Assembly: GCA_003427395.1 (NCBI GenBank)
Contig: BFEA01000018.1
Coordinates: forward strand, 3,239,461-3,303,460
Length of the DNA stretch: 64,000 nt
Direction: 5' to 3'
Source: Chara braunii
Taxonomy: Eukaryota > Plantae > Charophyceae
Made by a program: the position numbers and the translations under genes. Within the stretch, counting starts at the first letter, position 1. Each line of letters begins with the position of its first letter. A model generated the notes under the pieces. The model worked only from the letters and a program-made list of their open reading frames with translations. It was not told the origin of the DNA and made no database searches. Of this stretch, positions 12,468 to 24,600 are shown in pieces.

Positions 12468-15400
12468 GATGGATGGGGGTGGGCCATCGCGCGAGAGAGC
12501 TTTGACATTGGGGATGTAGCTCAGCCCTCACGTCGGGTGGTAGTCTCGCTGGTCATTCCGTAGCGCCGAATCTTTTTTGATTTTTTGTTGTGTTCTCAAG
12601 CAATTGCTCCTTCCAATACGCAGGCGGTCCAGGGGTTCTTTGAGAGTTTTCTTCTTTCGTGCGTAGGCTAAGCGTCATCCTTAGGCCGCACACCATTTCC
12701 CTAAACCTTGTGTTCCTATGGCGTCATCGGGGTGCGGCGAAGCCGTCCTCCCCCTCGCCTCTATGCACCCCTTGAGCCTCATAATTCACACTCAACTTAT
12801 TGAAGCAGGCCCCTTAGTCTTTTCGGGACCTTTACATGCATGCACACATGACCTCACATTTCCCTTGGCAAGATTGTACGCCCTTCCCTCATTCGCACTC
12901 CAATCTCAAGCGCAAAGGTCATTTTCATGGGTCGGCTTTATGTTAAGGGTCCCTTAACCCCTTTGTCCTTCTTCCCTTTTCATTTTGATGCCATATTCCT
13001 CCCGGCCCTATTTCGCTCAAGGCATCCTTAGCCTTCACTTACCTGCACAATCCCACACGAGCAAAGATCCATACAATCCTCCGTTGGGGGTCAACACATA
13101 GCCCTTCCCACATGTCTATCCTTTTCATACTCTTTGGCTTTTCTTTGTTCCCTTTCCTTGCTCAATCAGCCCATCTTCTTCTCATAGTCATGCAGTCGGG
13201 GAAATGGTTGAGTCAGCTGAAATTGCTTTTACTTATACTCAATCTTCCCTTTTACATAATGCGATGAAAAATCTTATGAAATAATGTCATTATTATGGTT
13301 CAATGTCTTCAAGTTTTTTTTGGTAAAAAAAAATATGATTTTTAATATGCGGTTACCATTCCCCTAGTGTTCTTGTAGAGAACTTGAAGTTATCTCTTGC
13401 TAACTATTTTCGTTTTTATTGAATATGATAATATAAAATAAAAGATATGAAGTTATGTTAGCTATTCAAACAGAATAGGTACGAAATCTACCGACGTAAG
13501 ATATACTATGTTTAAAAGAAATGCAAAAAATATTAACTTGGGCAAGAAAAACTTTATTTTTATTGACAATATAATACTTTTTCATAGCAAAGCTCAATAT
13601 ATTAATTAATATCGGTAGTAAATAAATATTTTCAATCCAACATTTTGGGATTATTAAATTACGCATTCTCTTACTTATTCCCCTCCTCCTTTCTTTTTTA
13701 ATTCTGTACCTTTTTTTTTTTTAACAATAATATATCAAATTTGTAACTTCATGTTTATCCTATGAAAATTATTATATTGTCTATTAAATTATGCAAAAAT
13801 ATTTCTTTACGACAAATGACACGATATGTTACCCATTCTCACAAGACAACAAAACATTTTTCGTCAAAATCGGTGTTAAAGACGTTGCGTCAAGTACTTC
13901 AAAATTCTTCACATAATTTTTTTATCGCTTTATATTAACTCAAAGTTCGAGATGTCTTTACTATCATGCTTATGTCGTCGATGATGAAATAGCCCTATGC
14001 TTTTTCATAACATAGTTTATACTGTCATAAAACATTTTGTTTCTGTCAGTTCTTACTTAGACAAAATTTCAGATATCAAGCCATGTAACTCACATTGTTC
14101 AATATGTTGGACTTTGTCATCAACAGTCCAAAAATAACGAAAACGTTATTATGTCATAATACAATATTACAAAGTGTTTTAGTTGTTTCACATTTTACAA
14201 TACTTTCCAGTGTTACTATAGTAAGTAATTAAGCCATAGTATGAAATAGTTACGAATGTTATGCAAAAAAAATTATAACGTTCTCACACTGTTTCATTTA
14301 TCATCTTTGAACGGGAAGTCAAAAGATCGCAGAAGTGTATTTTTTTATAGGATATATAATTTTTTGAAAGGTTGAAACCTTTCCACCACATTTTCTTAGT
14401 ATGTAATTGGAATAGTTTTATAACAGATGTTTTTTTACCTACTTAAAGACGAAGTTGAAAACATTAATTCATGTTTGTAATCCGAGAAAAATAATTACGA
14501 AGTTTATTAATACAAAACTTTCACTGCTTCAATAGAGCGTAAAGACTGTCAACATAGTAAAATTTGATACGTAGTTTCTTTTATTCAAACATAACTTTAT
14601 TGAGCTCGTAACTACCCTTTTGTAGGTAATGTTAATAATCCCATGTTTTTTTGTTTATGCTAAGATAAAAAAACACAAAATAAATGTAGAGCGATATATA
14701 TCACTTTAGAAAAAAATATTGTTGATGTAATAATTTTTTTCGTTTATATTAATACAAAGTTCAAAGTATTAATCCGTATGAGTAACCCAATATATTATCA
14801 TAACATAATTTCTTTAAATCTTATATGGGAGAGGGGAGGGGAGGGGAGGGGGCAAGGCGGATAGGGAAGGTTTTTTTTTATGTAATTAACTTGGATATTG
14901 CACGCCAAATTTTTGGTTTTTTTCTTGGATAATACGGAGGTAAGACGAACAGAACCGACACAAAGGCTGCCAAAACAGATGACCCTACGATCACTATATT
15001 GCATAACGATCCCGTTGTAAAAGAGTCGTCAACTTTATTTTTGTTGAGTCTATGGAAAACTCTACTTTGCCTTACAAAAATGATTCATGACCATCAATTA
15101 GGGTTTTTTTGTATCCACCAAAGTAAGGTCTGAAGCGAACACCGATTGAACATGAAAATGAGGAATAACCCTTTAAGCCGACCTCTTCGCCTTCGACTTT
15201 CATATTTGGTCAAACTATCTTCGTTACACTGCAAAGAAATGAAAATTTGTGAGGTGCAATTTGGTCAGGACTGAAAAAAAGAAAGATCTAGGTCAAAGCC
15301 TAGATCAGATGGTGGACCTATTAATTGTTGGAATACAAACCAGAGTACCCACGAAATTAAAAAATATCTTAATTATCCGGGCCAATGAGCTTGAAGATTG

Positions 15401-15529
15401 TTTATTTTTTTCACAAGCACGCACATACAACCCAGGTAAGCACTCTCACCAAATCTATCAAATTGGTTTCATAGTAGTTCACTGGTACCCCGTATGATTA
15501 ACCATTTCTTCCAATTTTACATATGGTAC

Positions 15530-16016
15530 GATGCTAGACCATTATGCTCAAAAATTTATATAAGATGTATTAATTATATACAAACAAAAAGCACAATAAC
15601 TCTTTTCTTCTTTGGGCATGCGACTAGACCATCCTTCTTAGAAACAATGCATAATCTTCCCAGAACTGGTTAATAGCTAACTTTTGAATATTTTTTAGTC
15701 TTTGACTTGGATATGGGCATGGGCTGAACCATTCTGCTTATAAATAATGTTCATCTTGCCCATATTACTTCCAATTGTACTCTTAAGTTTATTTTTTTTC
15801 TTAGTGATGTAACTTAAGACATACCATTCTGCTTAGAAACAATGTTTAACTATCTCTTCGCATACAATATGAGAAACATTGTTTAACTTTCCTCCAAAAT
15901 TTTGTCTCAGTCATTCTGCTTAGAAATCATGCTCGGCCATTTTTGGAAGAAGAAAGGAAAAAAAAAAAAAAAAAGGAAGTTGGGTTATTTTGCTTAAAAA
16001 AAATGTTCAACCATTT

Positions 16017-16053
<37 letters not shown>

Positions 16054-16162
16054 GATAAGGAAGTAGGTTCATTCTGCTTAGAAACAATATCCAACTTAAG
16101 TGATAAACCCAATAAGAAACCAGTTGACCCAAGTCATTCTGCTTAGAAACAATGTCTAGTCT
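15530..16162 (-). repeat. Hairpin array A: 8 interspaced copies of a 20-nt core (plus strand cattctgcttagaaacaatg) with variable complementary flanks
   Basis: Cores start at 15540, 15630, 15730, 15825, 15912, 15986, 16070 and 16135 (spacing 65-100 bp). Spacers are unrelated. Flanks pair, e.g. tgaac/gttca, gttgggt/gttcaac, aagtaggtt/atccaactt. Confidence 0.8.
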
Positions 16163-16337
16163 CACAATATCAGACAAACAAACCTAAAACATAAATATAG
16201 CAATCAGACCATTTAAGTCTAACTAAGTTGTGAAAATAAACAACAATCATAGAGTTGCATGCATACATATGAGAAAAACTAGAGAGATGCAATGATAAGG
16301 GTATAGTGGGCACACACAAAGATAAAAATTATACTTG

Positions 16338-16720
16338 TAATTTCTCTGCCTACAGCACCTTGCCTAGGTTTCGGTAGAACTCCCGCAATCTGTCGGGTAA
16401 CTTACCACAAAGGCGTTGACATAAATTACGGTTTACAATCCCCGCCTGTTGTCGTCCTCTCTGAACCAAATAAATTAGACTTGTAGCACGAAAGACAGAG
16501 AGAGAAATCGTTTAGCCTCTCGTGACATAAAAAAGGTTCACTCAGATTCGCGTAAGAAGGTCTTGAGGCCATTCACTCCTGAGGGTCCGCATATTAATAA
16601 CCAATCACAAATTGTAGCGCTCAAATGAGCGGGTCACAACAAGATTTAAAAAAAGGACGCAATGATGGAGGTACTAACAGACTGCGTTCGAACAGAACTC
16701 GAGATGACCTTTTTAAACAT
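16338..16720 (-). ncRNA. Conserved structured non-coding module, copy A (homologous to 20865-21190)
   Basis: Collinear shared motifs with copy B: aatt(t)ctct(g/a)cc..gg(t/c)aga, ct(c/t)cc(g/a)caatc, caatccc..tcctct..gaacc, ggttca(a)ctcag..cttgag..cctgag. Helices appear preserved despite sequence divergence. Confidence 0.55.
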
Positions 16721-16830
16721 AATACTCAAATAGTTAGCAATAACAGTCGAGTATGCAGCAACAATTTCGCGTCACTCAATTAGTAGTCAATTATTCTTGT
16801 CGCTATAGTGTGCTTAGTGAAGTTGGTCGT

Positions 16831-17405
16831 TGTGGAGCACATCGGTCCCGCAAGGGGACCCTCTCGACCGCGTCATACAGGGTTTCGCAGGACTTTGTTG
16901 CAGAGCGTTGTCGCTTCGGTCAACTGTTCTAGTCATACCTCTCACGAACCCCTACGACAGGATAGGGTGATGCAAGGTACAACTTACCTCCACCCGTGAG
17001 AGTTGTCGCAATCCTTTAGGTGGACGTATCCTCATCGAGCTATTGAACCTTGTATGAAAGTTTTTCGTACGAAATAGCAGATGTGGTTCAAACAAGGGCA
17101 TTTCTCGTTCGTTATAGCATAGGGGGTACGTGAGGTTAACGCCCACGTCGACCCCGTGCACGAATCGTCGGTCGAGGCGCTGATCTCTTGAACACGATCT
17201 TATGTCGGTTGACTAGGACGGTCAAGTCTAACCACCAAAGAATTGTGTTGGTGTCACGCGCGAGAGTCTAAATAGATATCGCGACAACATAAACTTTATC
17301 ATTTCGACCAACCATGCATAAATATGCAAGCGATCGCAATCGTGGCGTACTATGTGGTTCTCATGAACACGCGATTCTCAATGATTTTGAGGGTTACTTT
17401 CGACA
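16831..17405 (-). mobile_element. Short (~575 bp) LTR of element B, related to the termini of the 5.2-kb LTRs of element C
   Basis: Starts tgtggagcacatcgg (cf. tgtcgagcgtatcgg at 21680) and ends gagggttactttcgaca (cf. aagggtttctgctccgata at 26887). It shares the block acaactta..gttgtc..tagg..cgtatcc..agcta..tgaaagttttt with 21910-21990 and 29440-29520. Confidence 0.7.
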
Positions 17406-17875
17406 CTCAAATGTCAGATGACACGCGTCTTGAGGGGTTGATCCCTCGATGCTAGACAATTGCAAATGCGATTATGAGAGTTACCCTCTTCTGCAATCTG
17501 CGAAGAGGGGTAGACGAGTTTCGGCCCTTAGTGGCAGCCAAGCGCTCCTAACCTTGAAAGTCGGGTTCCATCTTCGGAGGCCTGGAAACAGGTCAAGAGG
17601 TTTGACTTTGACGGTCGCGACCGGACCTCAACGCCCAACTGTAAAAGTCTAAGAAGCAGAAATGAAAGGGCATCTGTCTTTTCTCTCGACACAAATTTGT
17701 TCAATCCTTACGTACTATCAAAGTAGACTGTGCGTCTACACAAAATATAAATATAACGAGGTTATAAAATACGAGGCGATCATTCTCACAATCACAGTTT
17801 GATTTTTTTCAAAATATACACATGATTACAGATGAAGTTAAATCTGAATTTTGATTCACAAAATATACTTGCAAT

Positions 17876-18639
17876 TAGGGTTGCCGGCGTGCCGAACGCC
17901 CGAACCCGAACGCCTGAACGTTCGCCACCCACTATCGACGCGTTCAGCCGAACGCGGATCCCTAAAAAAAAAAAAAATAATAAAAAATAATAAAAAAATT
18001 AAAAAAGTTGAAAAAAAAATATATCTTATGTAAAAGAATAAACTAAATAATATTTGCTTTAACGTTTTATTCAAATTTTTTACCAAATTTAAAATAAAAA
18101 TTAAATACTAAAAATAAATAATAATAATAAAAATTAAAAAAATAAAACGATAATTAAATTATTGAGTGAACGAGCATGTTTTTGACACCTCCATCTTTGG
18201 CGATTTTTCATTTTGTTTTGGCTGTGATAAATGCCATGAAAATTTATATTTGTGTATCTTACATAATAGAGAATCTAAGAATAAATTTTCAAAAAGTAAT
18301 AAATTGTTTTGTGCCCCGAAATAAAGAAAAAACAAAAAGTGTAAAGAAAAAAAAAACAAATTTGTGAGTGGGCAAGCAAGTTTTGACACCACCACCTTTG
18401 AGGATTTTTCAGTTTTTTCTGGCTGAACAGAACGATTTCAAAATTAATCGGGGGATACCTTACATCACAAAGAACGCACAATACAAAATTCAAAAAAATA
18501 TATATATATGTTTGGGTATCAAAATAATTGTTTGCGGGGTTCGAACCCTTTCAAGTTCGGGCCCCGTACGGGAACCCGAACGCCCGAACGTTCGGGGGTC
18601 AGCTTAGGGGGCCTTCGTACGTTCGGCCTAGTAACCATG
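17876..18639. mobile_element. hAT-superfamily MITE (764 bp) with perfect 8-bp TSD
   Basis: TSD cttgcaat at 17868-17875 and 18640-18647; imperfect TIRs tagggttgc / gtaaccatg; subterminal ccgaac repeats at both ends; AT-rich non-coding interior. Confidence 0.9.
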
Positions 18640-19089
18640 CTTGCAATCTCACCAAAGATTTAACATCGACATACCACACACTACACGAGGTCAACTTCAA
18701 CCACTCTATGCGCTCACACCCGTTGCCTTATTTACACAAGCCCCAACCTTTGTCCAACTCTCCAAAAGAACACACTCAGTCTCTTTTTAAATAAACACTT
18801 GATAAAAATCCGGATAACAAAAAAACAAAAAATCCAATTTAACGCATAATGGCTAAGGTCTTAGGTTGAGTAGCGAGAATGAGTTAGAGTTGAATAGCGG
18901 AAACTGACTTGTTATCAAAAGAAAACGGAAAATGATCATCGTAGGACCGACTTGAAGCTAGTAAAGCCATAAAATAATCTGAATGAAAATGACATGCAAC
19001 ACAACACAGGTCAGTGCCCAAGCTATGTGTCAGTGAGTATGAAATACTCCTACCTTCCTACCTTACCTGTCATATCTGTCTGAAAATGC

Positions 19090-19510
19090 ATGAAATTTCG
19101 GAAGTATCTCTTCTAAGCAAGAGTAAACTGTTAGATTTTCGAAGTTATAAAATAGTATAACTCCTTCAGAAGTAAGGAAGTTTCGGCAACGCTTCCGAAA
19201 GGAAACATGTCCTTACATCATTTATATGAGATTGAATATGAAATTTAAAGGCGATCTTTGATTTTACAGTATCAAATTTTGTCTAACTCCCTGAATCACG
19301 AAAACATTGGGCAGCATCTCCTTTAGAGTATAAATCGGATATAAAGTCAAGATAAATTTAAAATTTTGTAAACACAAAATTTAACTAACTCCTTGGTTTT
19401 GCAAAATTTTTGGCATCACTTCCCTTAGCGGAATTGTTTTTTCAAAATTTATAGAAAGCCAAGTATGAGAAATAAACTTTTAAAATGCAAAAAATGAACT
19501 AACTCCTATA
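19090..19510. repeat. Degenerate ~100-125-bp periodic repeat (taactcc ... ttyggca..ytcc)
   Basis: taactcc at 19158, 19284, 19386 and 19500; a second motif near 19096, 19181, 19307 and 19409. Confidence 0.6.
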
Positions 19511-19675
19511 GTTTCAGCACGTGGCGAGCATTTAAAACAACTACCTATCAAAGATAAGATTCATAACAGGTCGAACTCACACTCAACCACATGCCAGTTC
19601 ATACCACAATGAGTAAGTACTCTGATCGAAACCTTTAGTTCTTCTTCTCATAAATAATTAGTTGTCTCTCGGTTA

Positions 19676-19803
19676 GATAAACCCCAGTACCCTTTCTTAC
19701 ATATGGTATAAGAAAGGTAACCCTTGGCTTCGTATACATAACCTCAATATCCTTCCTTACATATGGCGTAAGAAATTTAACCATCGTCTTTGTATACATA
19801 AAC
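19676..19803. repeat. 60-bp tandem duplication, each unit with a hairpin around catatgg
   Basis: cctttctta-catatggta-taagaaagg, with a second copy at 19751-19780. Confidence 0.8.
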
Positions 19804-19839
19804 GGACGACGTAACTATTTATCTCTTCATTAGGTAGTT

Positions 19840-20626
19840 AACTAGACTAAATCGAAGTCACATTGTCTAGTTTTGTCAAGTGTTTAATATCCAATTTATG
19901 TTACACTCAAGCGTTTTATGAACCTTTTATCTTTTAAAGACTAGGGTTGAGCTAAACCGAAGCCATATTGCTCAGTCCGCCTAATGTTACATTATTATAT
20001 TCTTAATTAAATATTTTCTTTCTTTTGTGATAAGCTGTAGTCAGACAAAGTTGAAGCCACATTATCTGAGTAGGTTGGTTCAATAATTGAAGTATAATAT
20101 ATTTATATAGGAAGTCATATTTTCATATTCATATTTTATGTGCTCGACCTTAAAATAAGCCAAAAGGAAGTCACATTGCTTAGTCATCAGTCCAAACCTC
20201 CTTCATAAAAAATAAGTAGTTGAATCTGATAAAAGTCACCTTACCTTACTTTTAAACTCTTTCAACACGCAAATCACCACAAGAACAACAACTAGACCTG
20301 ACCAAAGCCATATTGTTCGGTAAGAGTAAGGAATATAACGACATAGCATAGTCAACTAGGTTAAATCGAAGTTGCATTGCCCAGCTGCACGAATAACAAC
20401 TTATTGAGGTATGGCAATCAAACATGACCGTAGCCACATTGTTTGATTTTCAAAAATACGAACAATACAACAACCAAGTCTGAGCAAAGCCACATTGTTT
20501 GGTTGTAAATACGACACATCAAGAAATATTACAATAACTAAACCTGATCGAAGCTACATTTTCTAGTTGCAGAGGAAACAAAGTAAACAAAGAGGTCAAG
20601 CGAAACTGAAGTCACATTATCTGACC
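19840..20626 (-). repeat. Hairpin array B: 12 interspaced stem-loops with a conserved 17-nt core (plus strand ~ytrayCGAAGyCACATT) and covarying stems
   Basis: Cores start at 19848, 19953, 20047, 20105, 20161, 20226, 20298, 20362, 20424, 20480, 20544 and 20602. Stems include aactagac/gtctagtt, tgagc/gctca, taagc/gctta, aatcaaac/gtttgatt, caaccaagt/gtttggttg and ggtcaagc/atctgacc. Spacers are unique. Confidence 0.9.
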
Positions 20627-20864
20627 CTTTGGGGACCCAATTAATTCAAACGAAATTACCTTTCTCCCACCTTTTCCTCAATTCATCTCCTTCAACCTGA
20701 ATTTCAAGCAATAGAATAATATGAATTTCAGAAACCGTTCTTTTTAAATTAAGTTCATAATAAAGTAAAATTCATAGGGATGCACACATACAAAGCAATC
20801 AGCGTACAGAGATGTACTGATAAGGGATTAGTGGATTCACACAAGTCATAAGTGGTATACCTGA

Positions 20865-21190
20865 CAATTCTCTACCTCCATAACTCATCCCGAGTCGTGG
20901 CAGAGCTTCCACAATCGCAGGGTGGACCTTCCATAAGATCTTGTTGCGGTTTTGTTGGTTGCAATCCCACGTGTCGCCTTCCTCTTCGAACCTAAGATTA
21001 AGGAAAGTTGGACTCTCAAGATACAGGAGGGGTTCAACTCAGTCTCACGAGAAATGACCTTGAGATCCCAATGCACCTGAGAGTTCCACAATGGTGGCAA
21101 AAAGTATAATACGCAGAGTAAACTGCACTCTGACAACCTTCAAGTCGCAGTTGTAATCCCTCTTTCAGAGTGTGATCACTCCCTTCAAAT
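20865..21190 (-). ncRNA. Conserved structured non-coding module, copy B
   Basis: Homologous to 16338-16720 (see motifs there); helices ctctacc/ggcagag, gaacc/ggttc and ctcag/ctgag. Confidence 0.55.
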
Positions 21191-21679
21191 CACAATATTT
21201 CCTCCTCTGGCCAAATTGAGTTCACGCAGCCGGAAAAAAACACGTTGAAATAAAGCACACTCTCTGTACTATATTTGAATCGTAGACAGACGAACAGGGA
21301 AAAAAAAATGTATCGTTAGTTGGTTCCACAACACAGCTGTAGTAACTACGATGCACGACGGTCCGCAGCAAACATACAGCAACGACAGCAAAAAGCTCTG
21401 GAATAACACAATCAAGAAAACCCAACAATAATGTCAGGTGACAACACAACAATTGTGTTGGCAGAAAGACTCAGTTTTGTGAGAAAAAACAGAGATAGCA
21501 CAACCGAAAAAAAAAAAAAAAAAAAAAAANNNNNNNNNNNNNNNNNNNNNNNNNNNNNNNNNNNNNNNNNNNNNNNNNNNNNNNNNNNNNNNNNNNNNNN
21601 NNNAAAAAAAAAAAAAAAAAAAAAAAAAAGTGGTAACACTGTAGAAGGACATAGCGATATAGGAACCCAACAATCTTTG

Positions 21680-24600
21680 TGTCGAGCGTATCGGCCATCG
21701 CCTTTTTCTCGCGAAGAGGTAGGAACCCTCCCAGCCATATTACGCAGGAGTAAAACAAAATAAAATTAAGGAGACAACTTGGGGACGACGCATAATTAGC
21801 ACCCCGAACCGTCGAGACGGGTGTGGTCGCGTCGTCCCTTTGTCGTTCTAGCCGGGGGCGCCAACTGTACTTCCCACAGTCCCCTACAACCGGATAGGTT
21901 CCCACGGGGCACAACTTACTTCCCTAATAGGTTGTCACCACCCTTAGGGGCGTATCCCTACCAAGCTACTGACCCACGTGTGAAAGTTTTTAAATGCAAT
22001 TGCAGAGGTAGGTCAGTCGAGGGCGTTTGCTCGCTCGCTGTAGTATAGGTACGCGCGGTTAAAACGCCTATTCAACCCTGATGTCGCTCGTAAGTACGAA
22101 GTGTACGCTGGTCGACAAGGACGGTCTCAACCAAGCGTAAACCCCCTTTGTCCCTTTAAACATTAGTCAAAAGAAAGCTATAACACCACAGATAGTTACG
22201 TCAAAATGAGTTACCGTAATCAACATGAATATATATCCAATCTGAAATGATAACTGAAAGAATCAAAATCATCATTAAATACATCCAATAACACAAGATC
22301 AAAATAAAATCCGACCATTTTGGGTCGAACTCCATAAAAACCATACAGCCGCCAACAAGGAGTTAACTTTCGACAATAACATAGATGCAACCGACAAAGT
22401 AGTCGAACAACCTCCGTTTTGACTTGATGAGATGTGTTACCAAACTTATTCATTCTAACCCACCGCCAACTTAAGATTAGGCATGCACACATTTGTCTCC
22501 ATACATTTCTAATATTTTTGGATGACAGATTGCTTTGCAGATGATTCTTTATCAGGTGCATTGCTTGAAGTGTTGCATGACTCTCCATTTAGAAAGTGGT
22601 TTGGGGTACTTCTTCTCCTCGCCCGACCACAAGATTGAGATCTCAGAAGTCGGGTCGTCTCCACCGAATCGGCAAAGTACCCCTCCATAGAACGGTCCAC
22701 TCTGGGTCGATACCAGGGTCGGCTTCTAAAGCAGCGAACCCCGCCCCATATACATTCCTTGAAAGAGAGGTGTTCACCGGAATTATTTTTGAGTTGTTAT
22801 CACCCTCCCCTGGTTAAGGTCATTTAGACGAAAAGAGTCAGAGATGATAAAGATGAGAATCATTTGGACAGGTGTAGGTAGATAAGGTCATTCGAGATAG
22901 AAAGGGTCAATCCCTGGGAAAAGCTAAGACTGTTTGACCTTATCTACCATATTTCAATCGAATTCATTCTACGGTACACACAAAATTAACATTTTTCAAA
23001 ACAACAAATCATTTTTGGCGTGCATGCAAGTAAAATACAAAAGGAAGATAATTTTTTCGTCTTTCCTCAAATAGGCATAATCAATCTCCTTTGCAAACAT
23101 CCTTCTAACTACCTGCACACACTTTAACAACCACAGGTGCAGAAAATTCAGCAACCCATACTCCCGTCAGATCTCACTTTCCACATGTATGATCACACAT
23201 GTGTTACTTAACCTTTTCTTCAGAATGTTCAAAAGAAACAGGGTCAAGCAAAGTGTGGGTTCACACAGGTGTGAAAAGGAATCCAAGTAAATCAACTGAC
23301 CGACCTTGAATGAAGTGGTGTCGAACACGCTCTTTCTCATTCAAGAAAGCCAAGTAGAAGTATACTTGTCATCGGAAAAAACCGCAGCCCCGAGGTAAGT
23401 CCCGGGCCGACAAATGGCCTCAATTCACTCTCCACTCACACGTCCCGTACGTGGTGGCCCCAAGTGTGAAAACGGTGAGCTGCACATGCTTCAAAAAAAC
23501 TTCACGGGTCCCACGCCAGTCCGAACTGGTCCCAGGTGATCCCAAATGGTCCCTCACTTTTCCTTCCACCACCTTTATGGCGACAACCTCCAAAACCACT
23601 TCTACCAAGCCTCAAACAAAAAACAATAAAGTTTGAGAGTGTCGATTCCGCCTGTCCTACTCACATGCCCCACTGGTCCAAAAAAATCTCATTAGGCCAA
23701 TGTCAATGGCCCTGCCACCGTCGACACGCATGACGTGTTGTTCCACCTTGACAAGCTTGGTCCCACTAATGAACTATCGCCGATACGTCTAGTGTCGCCT
23801 ATCGTACCGTCGCAATAGTCACATTGCAATTTCCTCCCCTTCACCGGCGTTGACGGCGAGCCCTTCGACGTACCAAAAATATCCAACACTCTCTCTCCAC
23901 TTAGTGTTGCTCGACAAACCCAAATTTCGGCAGCATAATGCTGCAAAAATGGTTGTCGTTGACGCTAAAACATTTCGGCAATATTTTCCCTGAAAAGTGG
24001 AAAAACAGTCTGCCGAGGTCCGTCCGCCGGTACCACCGCCAATGAAGTCTTGATGTCCCGCTGTTGTCGCTAAAAAACACCGTCAAACTAATAAAATTTT
24101 GGGCCTTGGACAAAATCGAGGTCCAAAACAGCCTCCTGTCGTGCCGCTTTGGTCCCGTAGAGTCTTGAGTGCCGCTCCATTGGACCAGCACCAGCTAGGG
24201 GAAGTGGAGCAGAGTGCTCCCTACCTCGGTTATGGCTGCCTTGCTCCTCTCGTGCTCCACTGCAGACCTCCGACCTCCTCCCACGTTGCCTCTGGCAGCT
24301 CCTCCAGCAATCTAGTAGCACTCAAGTGTGTTTGTCACACACTGGCAGCACGAGTGTGTTCTATGTGGCAGTTGGGGACAACTGCCTGTTTTATAATGGC
24401 TGAGGAGGTTTGGACGTCACTCCAACCACCAGGCAAAATCGCGGGCTCTCGGTAAAGGCTAATTGTGGTCGCACGACAACCACAGCCTTAGTGAGGGCAG
24501 TTTCTTTAACTGCCCTATTTTTATTTTTCTTTTCTTTTCCTCAGCTATCTCGGAATTTTACGAGATAGTTGAGATCATGGCATTTCTAAAACTGCTTTTC

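Noticed and set aside
15530-20626. Calling arrays A and B true CRISPR arrays
   Set aside because: The context is eukaryotic TE sequence with no cas genes. Spacer lengths are irregular, the repeats are degenerate, and the pairing stems vary from unit to unit instead of being part of an identical repeat.
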